Source: an uncultured Chitinophagales bacterium
GTDB lineage: Bacteria > Bacteroidota > Bacteroidia > Chitinophagales > UBA2359
Reading direction: 5' to 3'
Assembly (NCBI GenBank): GCA_964480615.1
Contig: CAYZQX010000002.1
Span: forward strand, 1 to 34,112
Length of the DNA stretch: 34,112 bases
This document shows positions 18,324 through 26,691 of this stretch, piece by piece. The notes beneath the pieces were generated by a model that did not search any database, was not told where the DNA came from, and saw only the letters and a list, made by a program, of their open reading frames with translations. Position 1 is the stretch's first letter. Each line of letters starts with the position of its first letter. The translations under genes were made by a program, and so were the position numbers.

Positions 18324-18456
18324 TGGCGATGCCTGCGGCCCGGGCTATGCGGGGCTACGCTAGCGCTTCGGTACTGGGGTGGCGGGCTTTCTGCATAATT
18401 GAATCAAAAAAATTGAAAGCCCGCCACCCCAGCACAAACCCCTCTTATCCCTATCG
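18324..18456 (+). repeat. Family-1 mosaic GC-rich element, copy C
   Basis: The first 52 nt are identical to copy B. A perfect 18-bp stem of different sequence follows (18374-18391 pairs with 18415-18432, 23-nt loop), then ACAAACCCCTCTTATCCCTATCG. It lies 81 nt downstream of the M42 peptidase stop, on the same strand. Confidence 0.9.
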
Positions 18457-18465
18457 CGTTTAACG

Positions 18466-18527
18466 ATGTACGATTCACGATAGGCTATCGCGATTTATGA
18501 TTCACGATTTTAGATTTACGATACTGA
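18466..18527. repeat. Degenerate tandem heptamer tract, about 9 units of ATTYACG
   Basis: ATGTACG ATTCACG ATAGGCT ATCGCG ATTTATG ATTCACG ATTTTAG ATTTACG ATACTGA, read directly and starting 10 nt after the 3' box of copy C. Confidence 0.75.
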
Positions 18528-18550
18528 AGCTGGTTGCAGTAACTAGTTAA

Positions 18551-18612
18551 AAAGTCTAGTGTCCATTATCCAGTGTCTAGTTAAAGCGATTTACGATAAT
18601 ACAATAGGATTA
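18551..18612 (+). repeat. Family-2 repeat (AAGTCTAGTGTCCATTATCCAGTGTCTAGTTAAAGCGATTTACGATAATACAAT...)
   Basis: About 90% identical to the reverse complement of 34041-34112, apart from one exact 7-nt indel (AGTCTAG). It has internal 7-nt periodicity (GTGTCCA/TTATCCA/GTGTCTA). Weaker copies lie at 18666-18696 and 18814-18838. Confidence 0.85.
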
Positions 18613-19091
18613 TCAATATTGGAGTTTTATCATAAAAATATTTATGACCGCAGATATGACTTATCAAAGTCTAGCGTCCACGATCTAGTAGCTAAGATCT
18701 ATTTATGAAGAATCTGACTCCTTCAGTATTTGATTACTGTTGTATTAATTGCACTGCAATATTACCGCATCTTCGGCTTGAATATATTAATTTAAACTGG
18801 CTATTAATATACTAAGTCTAGTGTCAATTATCATTGTGCGAAATTCAGTTTTAAGGATTATTACAAAAGCATTTTGAATAGAATCCGTTATAGATTTCTA
18901 TTAATGAAATACAAAATATTATTTACCTCCCCCTCCACGAAAATTGTTCTAATAATTTATAAAATGTTTTGCCTTCAGCACTCAATAGATAGTATATACA
19001 AACATATTTCAATATGTATTGTCAACCATAAGCTTCCTTAGGAACAAAAATTATACATTTTTACCAATATTTTACTAATCAAAAAGGTATA

Positions 19092-20288
19092 TTAATTTTT
19101 TTGGAAGATAAAAATATATTCGTGCTTAAATACATAAAATCCCCCTGACAGGGCCCTGTAGCGCCAGAGTTCTTTTTGGTTGAGTTTTGCCTTGGTATCT
19201 TCAAAATTTTTAATGATGGTTGACTTTAGCTTGTAGCCTCTTTTAGTAAACTCTTGCATGGTGAAAAACGCTAAAGGTATCCATTCTCCTTGCTCATATT
19301 TATCACTGATGATCAATGCACAAAATCGATCTTTGTCTAACACCTTATATACATTTTCAGCAAGTTTGCCCATCTTCTGTAGAAAGGATTCCAGGTCAAT
19401 GGCATTAGATAAGTCTGAGGGCTCTTCACTAAATTTTATAATATCCCAATAAGGCGGATGTAGTATGGCCAGTTGGATTGATTTAATACCTTGTTCTTGT
19501 AGCGCATTAGGCATATTAATCTCGGTACAATCGCCATTAATGATATGCGTTCTGGTTTGGTAGGAAGAAACAGTCTTACTAATAAGCGCATTCGCATGGT
19601 CGGCTATATGGGGCAATAGCTCTATACCTATTACATTGCGTCCTAATTTTTTTGCTTCTATTAAAGTTGTGCCACTGCCTGCAAATGTGTCTAAGACCCA
19701 TTCATCCGTCTTGGTGTATCTTCTGATTAGTTGATTGGGAATTTGTGGTATAAAATTGCCCCAGTACCCAGCATTGTGTACACCACTATTATCGCGCTTT
19801 TCTATTACCCATAGACTATCGGTAAGAATATCCTCATAATCTTTCCACCTATTGAGATTAATATCGTTGTATTTAGTGGTTCTTTCGACGGTGAGTGCTT
19901 TGATAAGCCGCTGGATATAGTATTTTGTTCGTTCTAATGTTTTGGTTTCACTTATCTGTATGAGTTCTTTGATTATATATTGTATGTCTTCTTGATTTAA
20001 GTATTCAGCGTATTGTATATCTTTTGTCTTTGAGGATTTTTTTTGGGTGTTTTTTTTTGTCTCACTTTTGGTTGAAATACTATTAAGTATGGACTTTATG
20101 CCTAGCTGTATTTTGTCCTGTTGTTCTAATATCAACAATGATTCTAATGCACTAGTGATGCGGTTATAAGGGCTAGTATTGTGTTGTTTTTCATTTTCGT
20201 CGATAGGTTGATTGATCATATATGGGATCCTTATAATGGTTATTTGTCCTTGAGTATAACTGATAATTAATAGCTCTTGGAGCTTCAA
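19092..20288 (-). CDS. SAM-dependent DNA (N6-adenine or N4-cytosine) methyltransferase, orphan, with ~160-aa N-terminal extension
   Basis: GNFIPQIPNQLIRRYTKTDEWVLDTFAGSGTTLIEAKKLGRNVIGIEL (SAM-binding motif I, as in N6_N4 MTases) is followed ~70 aa later by ILHPPYWDII (a (D/S/N)PPY-type motif IV). The TTG start at 20288 sits 24 nt after a TAGATTTG -7 box; the alternative is ATG 20219. No restriction-enzyme-sized ORF lies on either side. Confidence 0.8.
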   Translation of the reverse strand: MKLQELLIISYTQGQITIIRIPYMINQPIDENEKQHNTSPYNRITSALESLLILEQQDKIQLGIKSILNSISTKSETKKNTQKKSSKTKDIQYAEYLNQEDIQYIIKELIQISETKTLERTKYYIQRLIKALTVERTTKYNDINLNRWKDYEDILTDSLWVIEKRDNSGVHNAGYWGNFIPQIPNQLIRRYTKTDEWVLDTFAGSGTTLIEAKKLGRNVIGIELLPHIADHANALISKTVSSYQTRTHIINGDCTEINMPNALQEQGIKSIQLAILHPPYWDIIKFSEEPSDLSNAIDLESFLQKMGKLAENVYKVLDKDRFCALIISDKYEQGEWIPLAFFTMQEFTKRGYKLKSTIIKNFEDTKAKLNQKELWRYRALSGGFYVFKHEYIFIFQKN

Positions 20289-20311
20289 ATATATTTATTT
20301 TTTTTTAGATA

Positions 20312-20319
20312 CAAATCTA
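20312..20319 (-). promoter_or_regulatory. -7 box TAGATTTG
   Basis: Exact TAnnTTTG on the minus strand, 24 nt upstream of TTG 20288 (methyltransferase). Confidence 0.4.
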
Positions 20320-20357
20320 TTAGTTTAAGCGTATAAGATTGTATAAGGCGGTTTATG

Positions 20358-20472
20358 GACAAGGGATCGCAGCGAGCACGCAATGGAGCGCAGCGCAATG
20401 AAGTAAAGCGGAGAGCCCGGCCCTGAGCGGAGTTTGGCGACCTAAGAAGCCAAAATCCGCTCAGGGTGGCCC
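20358..20472 (-). repeat. Family-1-related element, copy G (divergent)
   Basis: Read on the minus strand: GGGGCCA, an 11-bp stem (20421-20431 pairs with 20456-20466) enclosing a 6-bp inner stem (20433-20438 pairs with 20449-20454), GCCGGGCTCTCC, GCGCTGCGCT-type box shared with copy F, then GCGATCCCTTGTCC. It lies 134 nt downstream of the stop at 20606, on the same strand. Confidence 0.7.
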
Positions 20473-20605
20473 CAAATAATTGTATTGATCATCTAAATCA
20501 GTTTCCAAGTTAATTTTCGTATAGCAAAAAAAAGACATCAGCGATTGCCAATGTCTTCTTAAGAACAGAATAAATAATCTTGTGTGTGATTTTTATCTCA
20601 AAGAA

Positions 20606-22090
20606 TTATTTTATAAACTTATAACTCAATCCAGCATGGATGCCCAATGCGATATTCAATGGCTTATGCGCCATGCTCATTTCTCTTCCTTTATTGAATA
20701 CCGTACTTATATTGCCCCTCGTACCAAGTGTAAATGAATAATTACGCGAAAGGAAAATCTGATATTCATAACCAAGAACAACGCCTAATTCGTTTTTGTT
20801 TAGCAAGTCAATAGCGTGGATACTTGGGTCATCAATATTGAGGTGTATGGATTTTAATTTGCCATATTTAAGACCAATTATTAGGTTGCGATTGAGGGGG
20901 GTGCGCTTGCCTAATATAGTAGTTGTTTTCTTATGTTTAAGAAGCAATGGCACTTGCAGATAATCCAATACATTAGCGGCCACTTGTCCACCATTTTCTC
21001 CTATACCAGGATAGTTAAACTCTTGATGGATTTTGCTATTCAGTGTTATCTCCGTCTGTAATGCCCAGCGCTCATTAATGTCATATGTCACACCCAGTCC
21101 ATAGGCGGTGCCAAGGCTCTTAGTGCTTACAGGACCTGCATCAGCGCCTGTTCCAGAGATCCAATTGGTGCTAAATTCTGAAAACCCATAAGCCGAGATA
21201 CCACGCATTTTACTCACTAACAAAGAGGGAGGAAGATTGGTTTTTCGCTTTTTACTTGCTTTGTGTTTGCCATTGATTACAGGTTCATTATTCGTGTTTT
21301 TAAAATTGATACTGTTGTGTTTGATAGCAGGTAAGGAACTTATTTCATTAGATATATACAAGGCGCTGCGATCGCTATATACTTTAGGCTGATTGTTATG
21401 CTCAACTGCTAAGATTGCTGTGTTATCGGCTTTGTAAACTGCGGTATTATTGTGAATGTTATGATTCACTTGTAGGTTAGCAGATATGTTGTTGTATTCT
21501 ATTCTGGAGTCATCATTAGAGGCGAATAAATTATTACCGCTTATAGATGATGTGTTGATATTCTTATAAGTTTCTGCTTGTTTATGAGCAATTGTAGGCG
21601 TTAGTTTATCACTATTGAATACTTGTGTGGAATGATTGTATTGATATGAAGAAGGAGGATTATGATTAATGCTAGCTGCGTTGATAGGCTGGTTATGTAT
21701 TATTCGATTGTCAGGCTCATTTGATACATATTGTGGTTCAGTATCCTTGATTCTCTTATCAAAGCTTTCTTGAATATTAGCATTCCTAGCTATATCGAGG
21801 AGCGTGGAGAATTTAGGTGTAGAATCTTGTCTTGCGAGATCAGCCATAGTGGCGTGGCGTGGTGTAATTTTTATATCAGCTTCCAATTTATAATTTGTGA
21901 AGAGGTATATCATGCTGATTCCGAGAAGAAAGGAAGCTGCTCCCCAACCCCAAAAAGATTTGGTCTTATAAAAAGGAGGACTGACAGGAAGACGAGACTG
22001 AATAGCCGACCAAGACCGAGGTCCTGGATTGACTTCCAGCTCATCCATTTTCTTTTTAATTATATCATCCATATCACTATTGTAAGGCAT
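20606..22090 (-). CDS. Membrane protein partner of the ECF sigma factor: N-terminal anti-sigma-like segment, one TM, N/H/S-rich linker, C-terminal OM beta-barrel-like domain
   Basis: Its start overlaps the sigma gene stop by 14 nt. The TM is FWGWGAASFLLGISMIYLF. A ~170-aa Asn/His/Ser/Ile-rich low-complexity region follows. The C-terminal ~190 aa has alternating beta-strand patterns and ends in GLSYKFIK. Confidence 0.55.
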   Translation of the reverse strand: MPYNSDMDDIIKKKMDELEVNPGPRSWSAIQSRLPVSPPFYKTKSFWGWGAASFLLGISMIYLFTNYKLEADIKITPRHATMADLARQDSTPKFSTLLDIARNANIQESFDKRIKDTEPQYVSNEPDNRIIHNQPINAASINHNPPSSYQYNHSTQVFNSDKLTPTIAHKQAETYKNINTSSISGNNLFASNDDSRIEYNNISANLQVNHNIHNNTAVYKADNTAILAVEHNNQPKVYSDRSALYISNEISSLPAIKHNSINFKNTNNEPVINGKHKASKKRKTNLPPSLLVSKMRGISAYGFSEFSTNWISGTGADAGPVSTKSLGTAYGLGVTYDINERWALQTEITLNSKIHQEFNYPGIGENGGQVAANVLDYLQVPLLLKHKKTTTILGKRTPLNRNLIIGLKYGKLKSIHLNIDDPSIHAIDLLNKNELGVVLGYEYQIFLSRNYSFTLGTRGNISTVFNKGREMSMAHKPLNIALGIHAGLSYKFIK

Positions 22091-22661
22091 AAGATTCCTT
22101 ATAGTTGTTATTATAATTTTTTAAATTGAGGATCATATCTTGCAATAGGTAACGCGCTCTTGAGAGTTGTGACTTCGATGTCCCTTCGCTAATATTGAGC
22201 ATCTCACCTATCTCTTTATGTGAATATCCCTCGATTACATAAAGATTGAATACGGTTTTATATCCAGGAGCTAATTGCTGTATAAGCTGCATTATTTCTT
22301 GTGCACTCATAAGTTCTAAACCATTGTCTTCTACTACATTTTTATCGGTACCTTTCACATCCATAATAGGATACATAGGAACTGCTTTTCGATAATGTTC
22401 GATGGCCGTATTCACGACTATTCGGCGCATCCATCCTTCAAATGAGCCTTCTCCTCTGAAATTTTTAATGTGGTTAAATATTTTTACAAATCCATCTTGC
22501 AAAATATCTTCGGCACTACTATGATCTTTAGCATAGCGAAGGCATATCGCAAACATTTTACCGCTGTATCGCTGATAGAGCAATTCCTGATAGCGCGGTT
22601 GCAAATCCTTACAGCCTTGCAATATTTCTTCTTCGGTTACTTGACCATTTTTTTTGAACAT
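22077..22661 (-). CDS. ECF (sigma-70 family group IV) RNA polymerase sigma factor
   Basis: Region 2 (EDILQDGFVKIFNHIKNFRGEGSFEGWMRRIVVNTAIEHYRK) and region 4 HTH (GYSHKEIGEMLNISEGTSKSQLSRARYLLQ). Confidence 0.9.
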   Translation of the reverse strand: MFKKNGQVTEEEILQGCKDLQPRYQELLYQRYSGKMFAICLRYAKDHSSAEDILQDGFVKIFNHIKNFRGEGSFEGWMRRIVVNTAIEHYRKAVPMYPIMDVKGTDKNVVEDNGLELMSAQEIMQLIQQLAPGYKTVFNLYVIEGYSHKEIGEMLNISEGTSKSQLSRARYLLQDMILNLKNYNNNYKESYALQ

Positions 22662-22703
22662 AACAATAGAGATTAGAACAGTAAAGTTTTAAATCATAAG
22701 CAA

Positions 22704-23297
22704 TTACACATTTTTGTTTTTATTTATTGACTGGATAAAATTAATCATTTTATTAAAAGCCATTGATCGGTGGCTAATTTTCTTTTTTACTTCAATTCCC
22801 AATTCGGCGAAACTATGGTCATAACCTAGGGGCTTAAAAATGGGATCATAACCAAATCCTCCATTTCCTTGTGGAGATTCTAAAATTTGACCTTTTACAA
22901 TCCCCTCAAAAAAGTGCAGCTCATCGTCCCATCTCAGCGCAAATACTGTTCTAAACTGCGCGCTTCGGTCGCTCTGATCCCTTAGCTCATGAAGCACCTT
23001 TGCCATATTCGCTGCGGAATCACCTTGTTCGCCAGCGTAGCGGGCACTCCGAACGCCAGGCCGCATATCCAAGGCCGCTATTTCCAAGCCAGTATCCTCA
23101 GAGAACGAATTTTTGCCATATCTATTCCATATCACATTCACTTTTTCAGCGGCATTTTCCGCGAGCGTATTATACGGTTCTTCTATGGGCTGTTGATCTT
23201 GTAGGTCGGCAAGACTGATAATTTCATAATCACCCGCCAGCGCCGCCTTAACCTCCAAGACTTTATTATGATTATGTGTAGCGAAAATCAGTTGCAT
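22704..23297 (-). CDS. rdgB: Non-canonical purine NTP pyrophosphatase (RdgB/HAM1 family)
   Basis: The family N-terminus MQLIFATHNHNKVLEVK begins at ATG 23297. Motifs SEDTGLEIAALDMRPGVRSARYAG, GGFGYDPIF, KKISHRSMA. The 65 codons upstream in the ORF track (to 23492) have no family similarity. Confidence 0.9.
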   Translation of the reverse strand: MQLIFATHNHNKVLEVKAALAGDYEIISLADLQDQQPIEEPYNTLAENAAEKVNVIWNRYGKNSFSEDTGLEIAALDMRPGVRSARYAGEQGDSAANMAKVLHELRDQSDRSAQFRTVFALRWDDELHFFEGIVKGQILESPQGNGGFGYDPIFKPLGYDHSFAELGIEVKKKISHRSMAFNKMINFIQSINKNKNV

Positions 23298-23565
23298 CCT
23301 CGGCGAAATTTTTTTACAAATAACGCTATTTTTATCAATATCATAAAAAATTCTGGAAAAATGCACTAAAATAATTACTCTTAACCAGCTACACTCATCA
23401 ATTCTAGCGTAAGTCTTAATCTTTGGGGTAACGATGTGAAAGCCATTCAATATTGGCTTAATGAGTGAATACAATTCAAATTTGCTTTTCAATCAGTAAC
23501 TATAGTTTCTGATTCGATAGGATAGAGAAATAATTTGTAATTTAAAGGCCTAATCCATTGTTGCA

Positions 23566-25665
23566 ATGCATAAAATATACCTTTTATTTATGGGAACCAT
23601 TATGGGTCTTATGATGATGAGATCGAATTTCATTAATGCCGCTACTGGTGATACTTTAACCATCCAAGCCCACAATAATGTGGATATGGTGTGGTATGGA
23701 AATTATGACCAATTGGTAGAATTTCCGACCGATGATTCGCTCAGCTATTCCAAAATATTGATGAATTATACCATCGGCTGTGCTACGGCACATTGCAGCG
23801 ACTGGGACTATACTGTTCATCTTGAAGTGGGTATGCCTACAGGTATTATGCAAGATCAAATCTCATCCATCGACACCATCAGCACAAATCCACTGGTCAT
23901 AGATACAAGTTATATAAGTGTAGAGGTCATTAAATGGATTGAACTGGGTAGGATGATAACGCCATATGGCACTTACATGGACACCACTTCGCCCTCCTAT
24001 GGCACATCTGGATTTAATAGCGACTGGACCCACAGTTTTACATTCGATGTGAGTGATTATGTATTGCTGTTAAAAGGTAGCAAGACTATCCGATGTTTTT
24101 ATTCGGGATGGAGCACAGGATTTAGCTCTACCATTAGTTTTGACTTTATCGAAGGGCTACCTTGTAGGGATGTAATAGCTTTCGATCAAGTATATGATTA
24201 TGGAGGTATGCCTTATGACAATACCAGCAATTTTGAATTGAACTATGTGTATACTAAGAAATTTAAAACCCTTGATAATGCCGATGCAGGACATGTCAAT
24301 GTATTTGTATCAGGACATGGAATTGATAATCAAGAGTGCTCAGAGTTTTGTACTAAAAATTACTATTTGAAAGCTAATGATACGCAACTTGCTCAATACA
24401 CTATATGGCGTGATGATTGTGGCAAAAATCCTTTGAAACCACAAGGCGGTACTTGGTTGTTCAACCGTGGCAATTGGTGTCCAGGCGATCAAGTATATCG
24501 CAATGCACACGATATTAGTTCTCAAATGAATCCAGGAGATTCCATAGAGATTGATATTGATTTTACACCATATAGTAATGGAGGTGGTTCTTATGCCTTA
24601 GAGGCACAATATGTACAGTACGGCCCAGCTCGATTTAGCAATGATGTAGAGATCGTAGATATAATTGCACCAAGCAATAAAGATATGCACATGCATTACA
24701 ATCCGATTTGCAATAATCCAAGTATAAAAATTCGCAATAATGGGGCAAATACCTTGACGAGTTGTATCATAGAATTTGGCACTACAGGTCCTTTAGTATG
24801 TCATCACCAGTGGGAAGGATCTCTGGCCTATAATGAAGAGGTTGAAGTAGCCCTGCCAGCATTTATGTGGGCGGGTTTTGATATTGATAATCCAGTATTC
24901 TTTGCTAGGGTAGGGAAGCCCAACGGAATGGATGATGAATATATGTACAACAATCGTATGGAATCCTCCTTTTCATTGCCTCCTCGATTCGATGATTCGT
25001 TTGTATTAAAACTTAAGACCAATAACAAAGCGAATGAAAATCATTGGACCATTACAAGTATGGATGGTACAGTGATGTATGAAAATGGAACATTGGCTAA
25101 TAATACAACATATACCACTGATATCAATCTGCCTATGGGATGTTACACCTTTTTGTTAACGGATTATGGCACTGATTGGGATCAAGGTGATGGTCTTTCA
25201 TTTTGGTATAATTTGAATCTGGGAATTGAAACATCGGGCTTTGTGAGATTTGAAAAAAACAATCAAATAATACAAAGTTTTGATCCTGATTTTGGTGATG
25301 AAATTCGCTTTCAGTTTATAGTAGATTATGATATGGCTAATGATATACCTGCTTTTATTGAGTGTGAAGAGTTAGCTCTTGAAACAGGCATTGAGGAAGT
25401 AGTAGATTTGACCAAGCTAAAGCTCTATCCCAATCCTGCGAACGATGTGCTGAATATCTTGTATGAACAAGAGGGTGTTAATAAATATAGAAATGCGCTC
25501 CATATCTATAATTCATTAGGTCAGCTTGTACACAGTGACATAATGGAACATAATCGAGCGGTGTATCAATCTGCCATTGATATACAACATTGGGCGAGTG
25601 GGATATATATTGTTTCTATAAGTAATGGTAATTCAGTTAAGAATCAAAAATTGATCATTGAATAA
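23566..25665 (+). CDS. PNGase F-like (peptide-N-glycosidase F family) secreted protein with T9SS C-terminal sorting domain
   Basis: Segments parallel what I recall of Elizabethkingia PNGase F. Examples: GCATAHCSDWDYTVHLEV (cf. CPNKTCDEWDRY), WIELGRMITPYGTY (cf. WYEIGRFITPYW), FDVSDYVLLLKGSKTI (cf. IDVTDFKSLLSGNTEL), CSEFC...DDCGKNPLKPQGGTWLFNRGNWCPGD (cf. CAEWC...GCSANP...GNWAPDRAGWCPG). The C-terminus LKLYPNPANDVLNI...GIYIVSISNGNSVKNQKLIIE is a T9SS tail. Confidence 0.75.
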   Translation: MHKIYLLFMGTIMGLMMMRSNFINAATGDTLTIQAHNNVDMVWYGNYDQLVEFPTDDSLSYSKILMNYTIGCATAHCSDWDYTVHLEVGMPTGIMQDQISSIDTISTNPLVIDTSYISVEVIKWIELGRMITPYGTYMDTTSPSYGTSGFNSDWTHSFTFDVSDYVLLLKGSKTIRCFYSGWSTGFSSTISFDFIEGLPCRDVIAFDQVYDYGGMPYDNTSNFELNYVYTKKFKTLDNADAGHVNVFVSGHGIDNQECSEFCTKNYYLKANDTQLAQYTIWRDDCGKNPLKPQGGTWLFNRGNWCPGDQVYRNAHDISSQMNPGDSIEIDIDFTPYSNGGGSYALEAQYVQYGPARFSNDVEIVDIIAPSNKDMHMHYNPICNNPSIKIRNNGANTLTSCIIEFGTTGPLVCHHQWEGSLAYNEEVEVALPAFMWAGFDIDNPVFFARVGKPNGMDDEYMYNNRMESSFSLPPRFDDSFVLKLKTNNKANENHWTITSMDGTVMYENGTLANNTTYTTDINLPMGCYTFLLTDYGTDWDQGDGLSFWYNLNLGIETSGFVRFEKNNQIIQSFDPDFGDEIRFQFIVDYDMANDIPAFIECEELALETGIEEVVDLTKLKLYPNPANDVLNILYEQEGVNKYRNALHIYNSLGQLVHSDIMEHNRAVYQSAIDIQHWASGIYIVSISNGNSVKNQKLIIE

Positions 25666-25809
25666 TATGCACCATTACAAGTAATTATATGACCTATTAA
25701 TCGCTAATCAAGGCGAGTACAATTAATAAAACAGGGGATATAAAAGCTCACCAATAAATATTTTACTTATTGAAATTTTTGAGTTAATAAATATAGCTTA
25801 AAGATATTA

Positions 25810-25992
25810 TGGCGATGCCTCCGGCCCGGGCTATACAGGGCTTTCTGATTTTATTAGTTTTTTAAAGGACATCAGAATCTTCGCAAGCTCGATTTGCTGA
25901 CGCTCCGGTACTGATCTGGCAGGCTTTCGGAAATATTATTTCAAAGCGTTGAAAGCCTGCCAGTTCAGTACAAACCCTTCCTATCCCTATCG
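25810..25992 (+). repeat. Family-1 mosaic GC-rich element, copy D
   Basis: TGGCGATGCCTCCGGCCCGGGCTATACAGGGC, then an inserted module with a 7-bp stem (25843-25849 pairs with 25871-25877). A 21-bp stem with one T:T mismatch follows (25908-25928 pairs with 25951-25971), then AAACCCTTCCTATCCCTATCG. It lies 145 nt downstream of the PNGase F-like gene stop, on the same strand. Confidence 0.9.
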
Positions 25993-26576
25993 TTTAAAAC
26001 TAGGTTTGTAATATTATCTAACTTTTCATTAAGACTTTATAATGAGACGCTAATTTATATAGCGAGTATTTTATAATTCTGGCTATTATTAGTAATGGCA
26101 TTTTTTTATTAATGGTTAATTTGATTTCTTTGTAATCAGAAAATCAGTTAATAAATTGAGTTTTTGCTTTCATAGGGATATTAGCATTTATCATATCAAG
26201 CGAATATAGCGAACATAAAACATACATTAATCGTAATTTTTTTTATTAGAAATAGCAAGAATCTATAACTATAACAATGAAACATTGTCAGTTGAATATC
26301 TAAATTTTAGTAACAATAAATATTGCTTTGCTACTTGAAATGAAAAGATGATATATAATTAGGGTATATCTGTAACCATTGGGTGGATAGAGTTATATAT
26401 ACATTAGTCAGAAATTGTACTGCGGATAGAAGAAATACGACCTCTAACTGAAGATTCCTCTTCCATCAAGAAAATACTATTTGGCGTTATCTCCGTACCC
26501 TCCCATAGATTTGTTGCTAGGGCTGAAACTGTAAAATTGAATTGTTTAAATTTTTTTTAACAAATTTTGCGAGAAT

Positions 26577-26687
26577 AATAGTAAAAAATCTATTCAAGAA
26601 TAGTAAAAAGATAGTAAATGTATAATAAGTAGTATTTTAACAATTATTAGTAATAGTAATACTATTATATGGAATAGTTATAGTATC
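26577..26687 (+). promoter_or_regulatory. Array of (A)ATAGTA-type direct repeats overlapping the ABC operon promoter
   Basis: Units are GAATAATAGTAAAAAA (from 26574), GAATAGTAAAAAG (26598), ATAGTAAAT (26611), TAAGTAGTA (26625), TTAGTAATAGTAATACTA (26647) and GAATAGTTATAGTATC (26672). Spacings are roughly multiples of 10-11 bp. Confidence 0.35.
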
Positions 26688-26691
26688 TTTG
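26684..26691 (+). promoter_or_regulatory. -7 box TATCTTTG
   Basis: Exact TAnnTTTG, 26 nt upstream of ATG 26717 (ABC exporter operon), at the end of the ATAGTA repeat array. Confidence 0.45.

Noticed and set aside
18244-20605. Complete restriction-modification or other methylase-containing defence system
   Set aside because: Only the methyltransferase is present. The flanks are ORF-free repeat DNA, the largest extra ORF is 45 codons, and no nuclease, helicase or ATPase motifs were seen in any frame.
23298-23492. 65-codon N-terminal extension of the rdgB ORF
   Set aside because: The HAM1/RdgB family N-terminus (MQLIFATHN) begins at ATG 23297. The extension has no similarity to the family and would consume the divergent promoter region.
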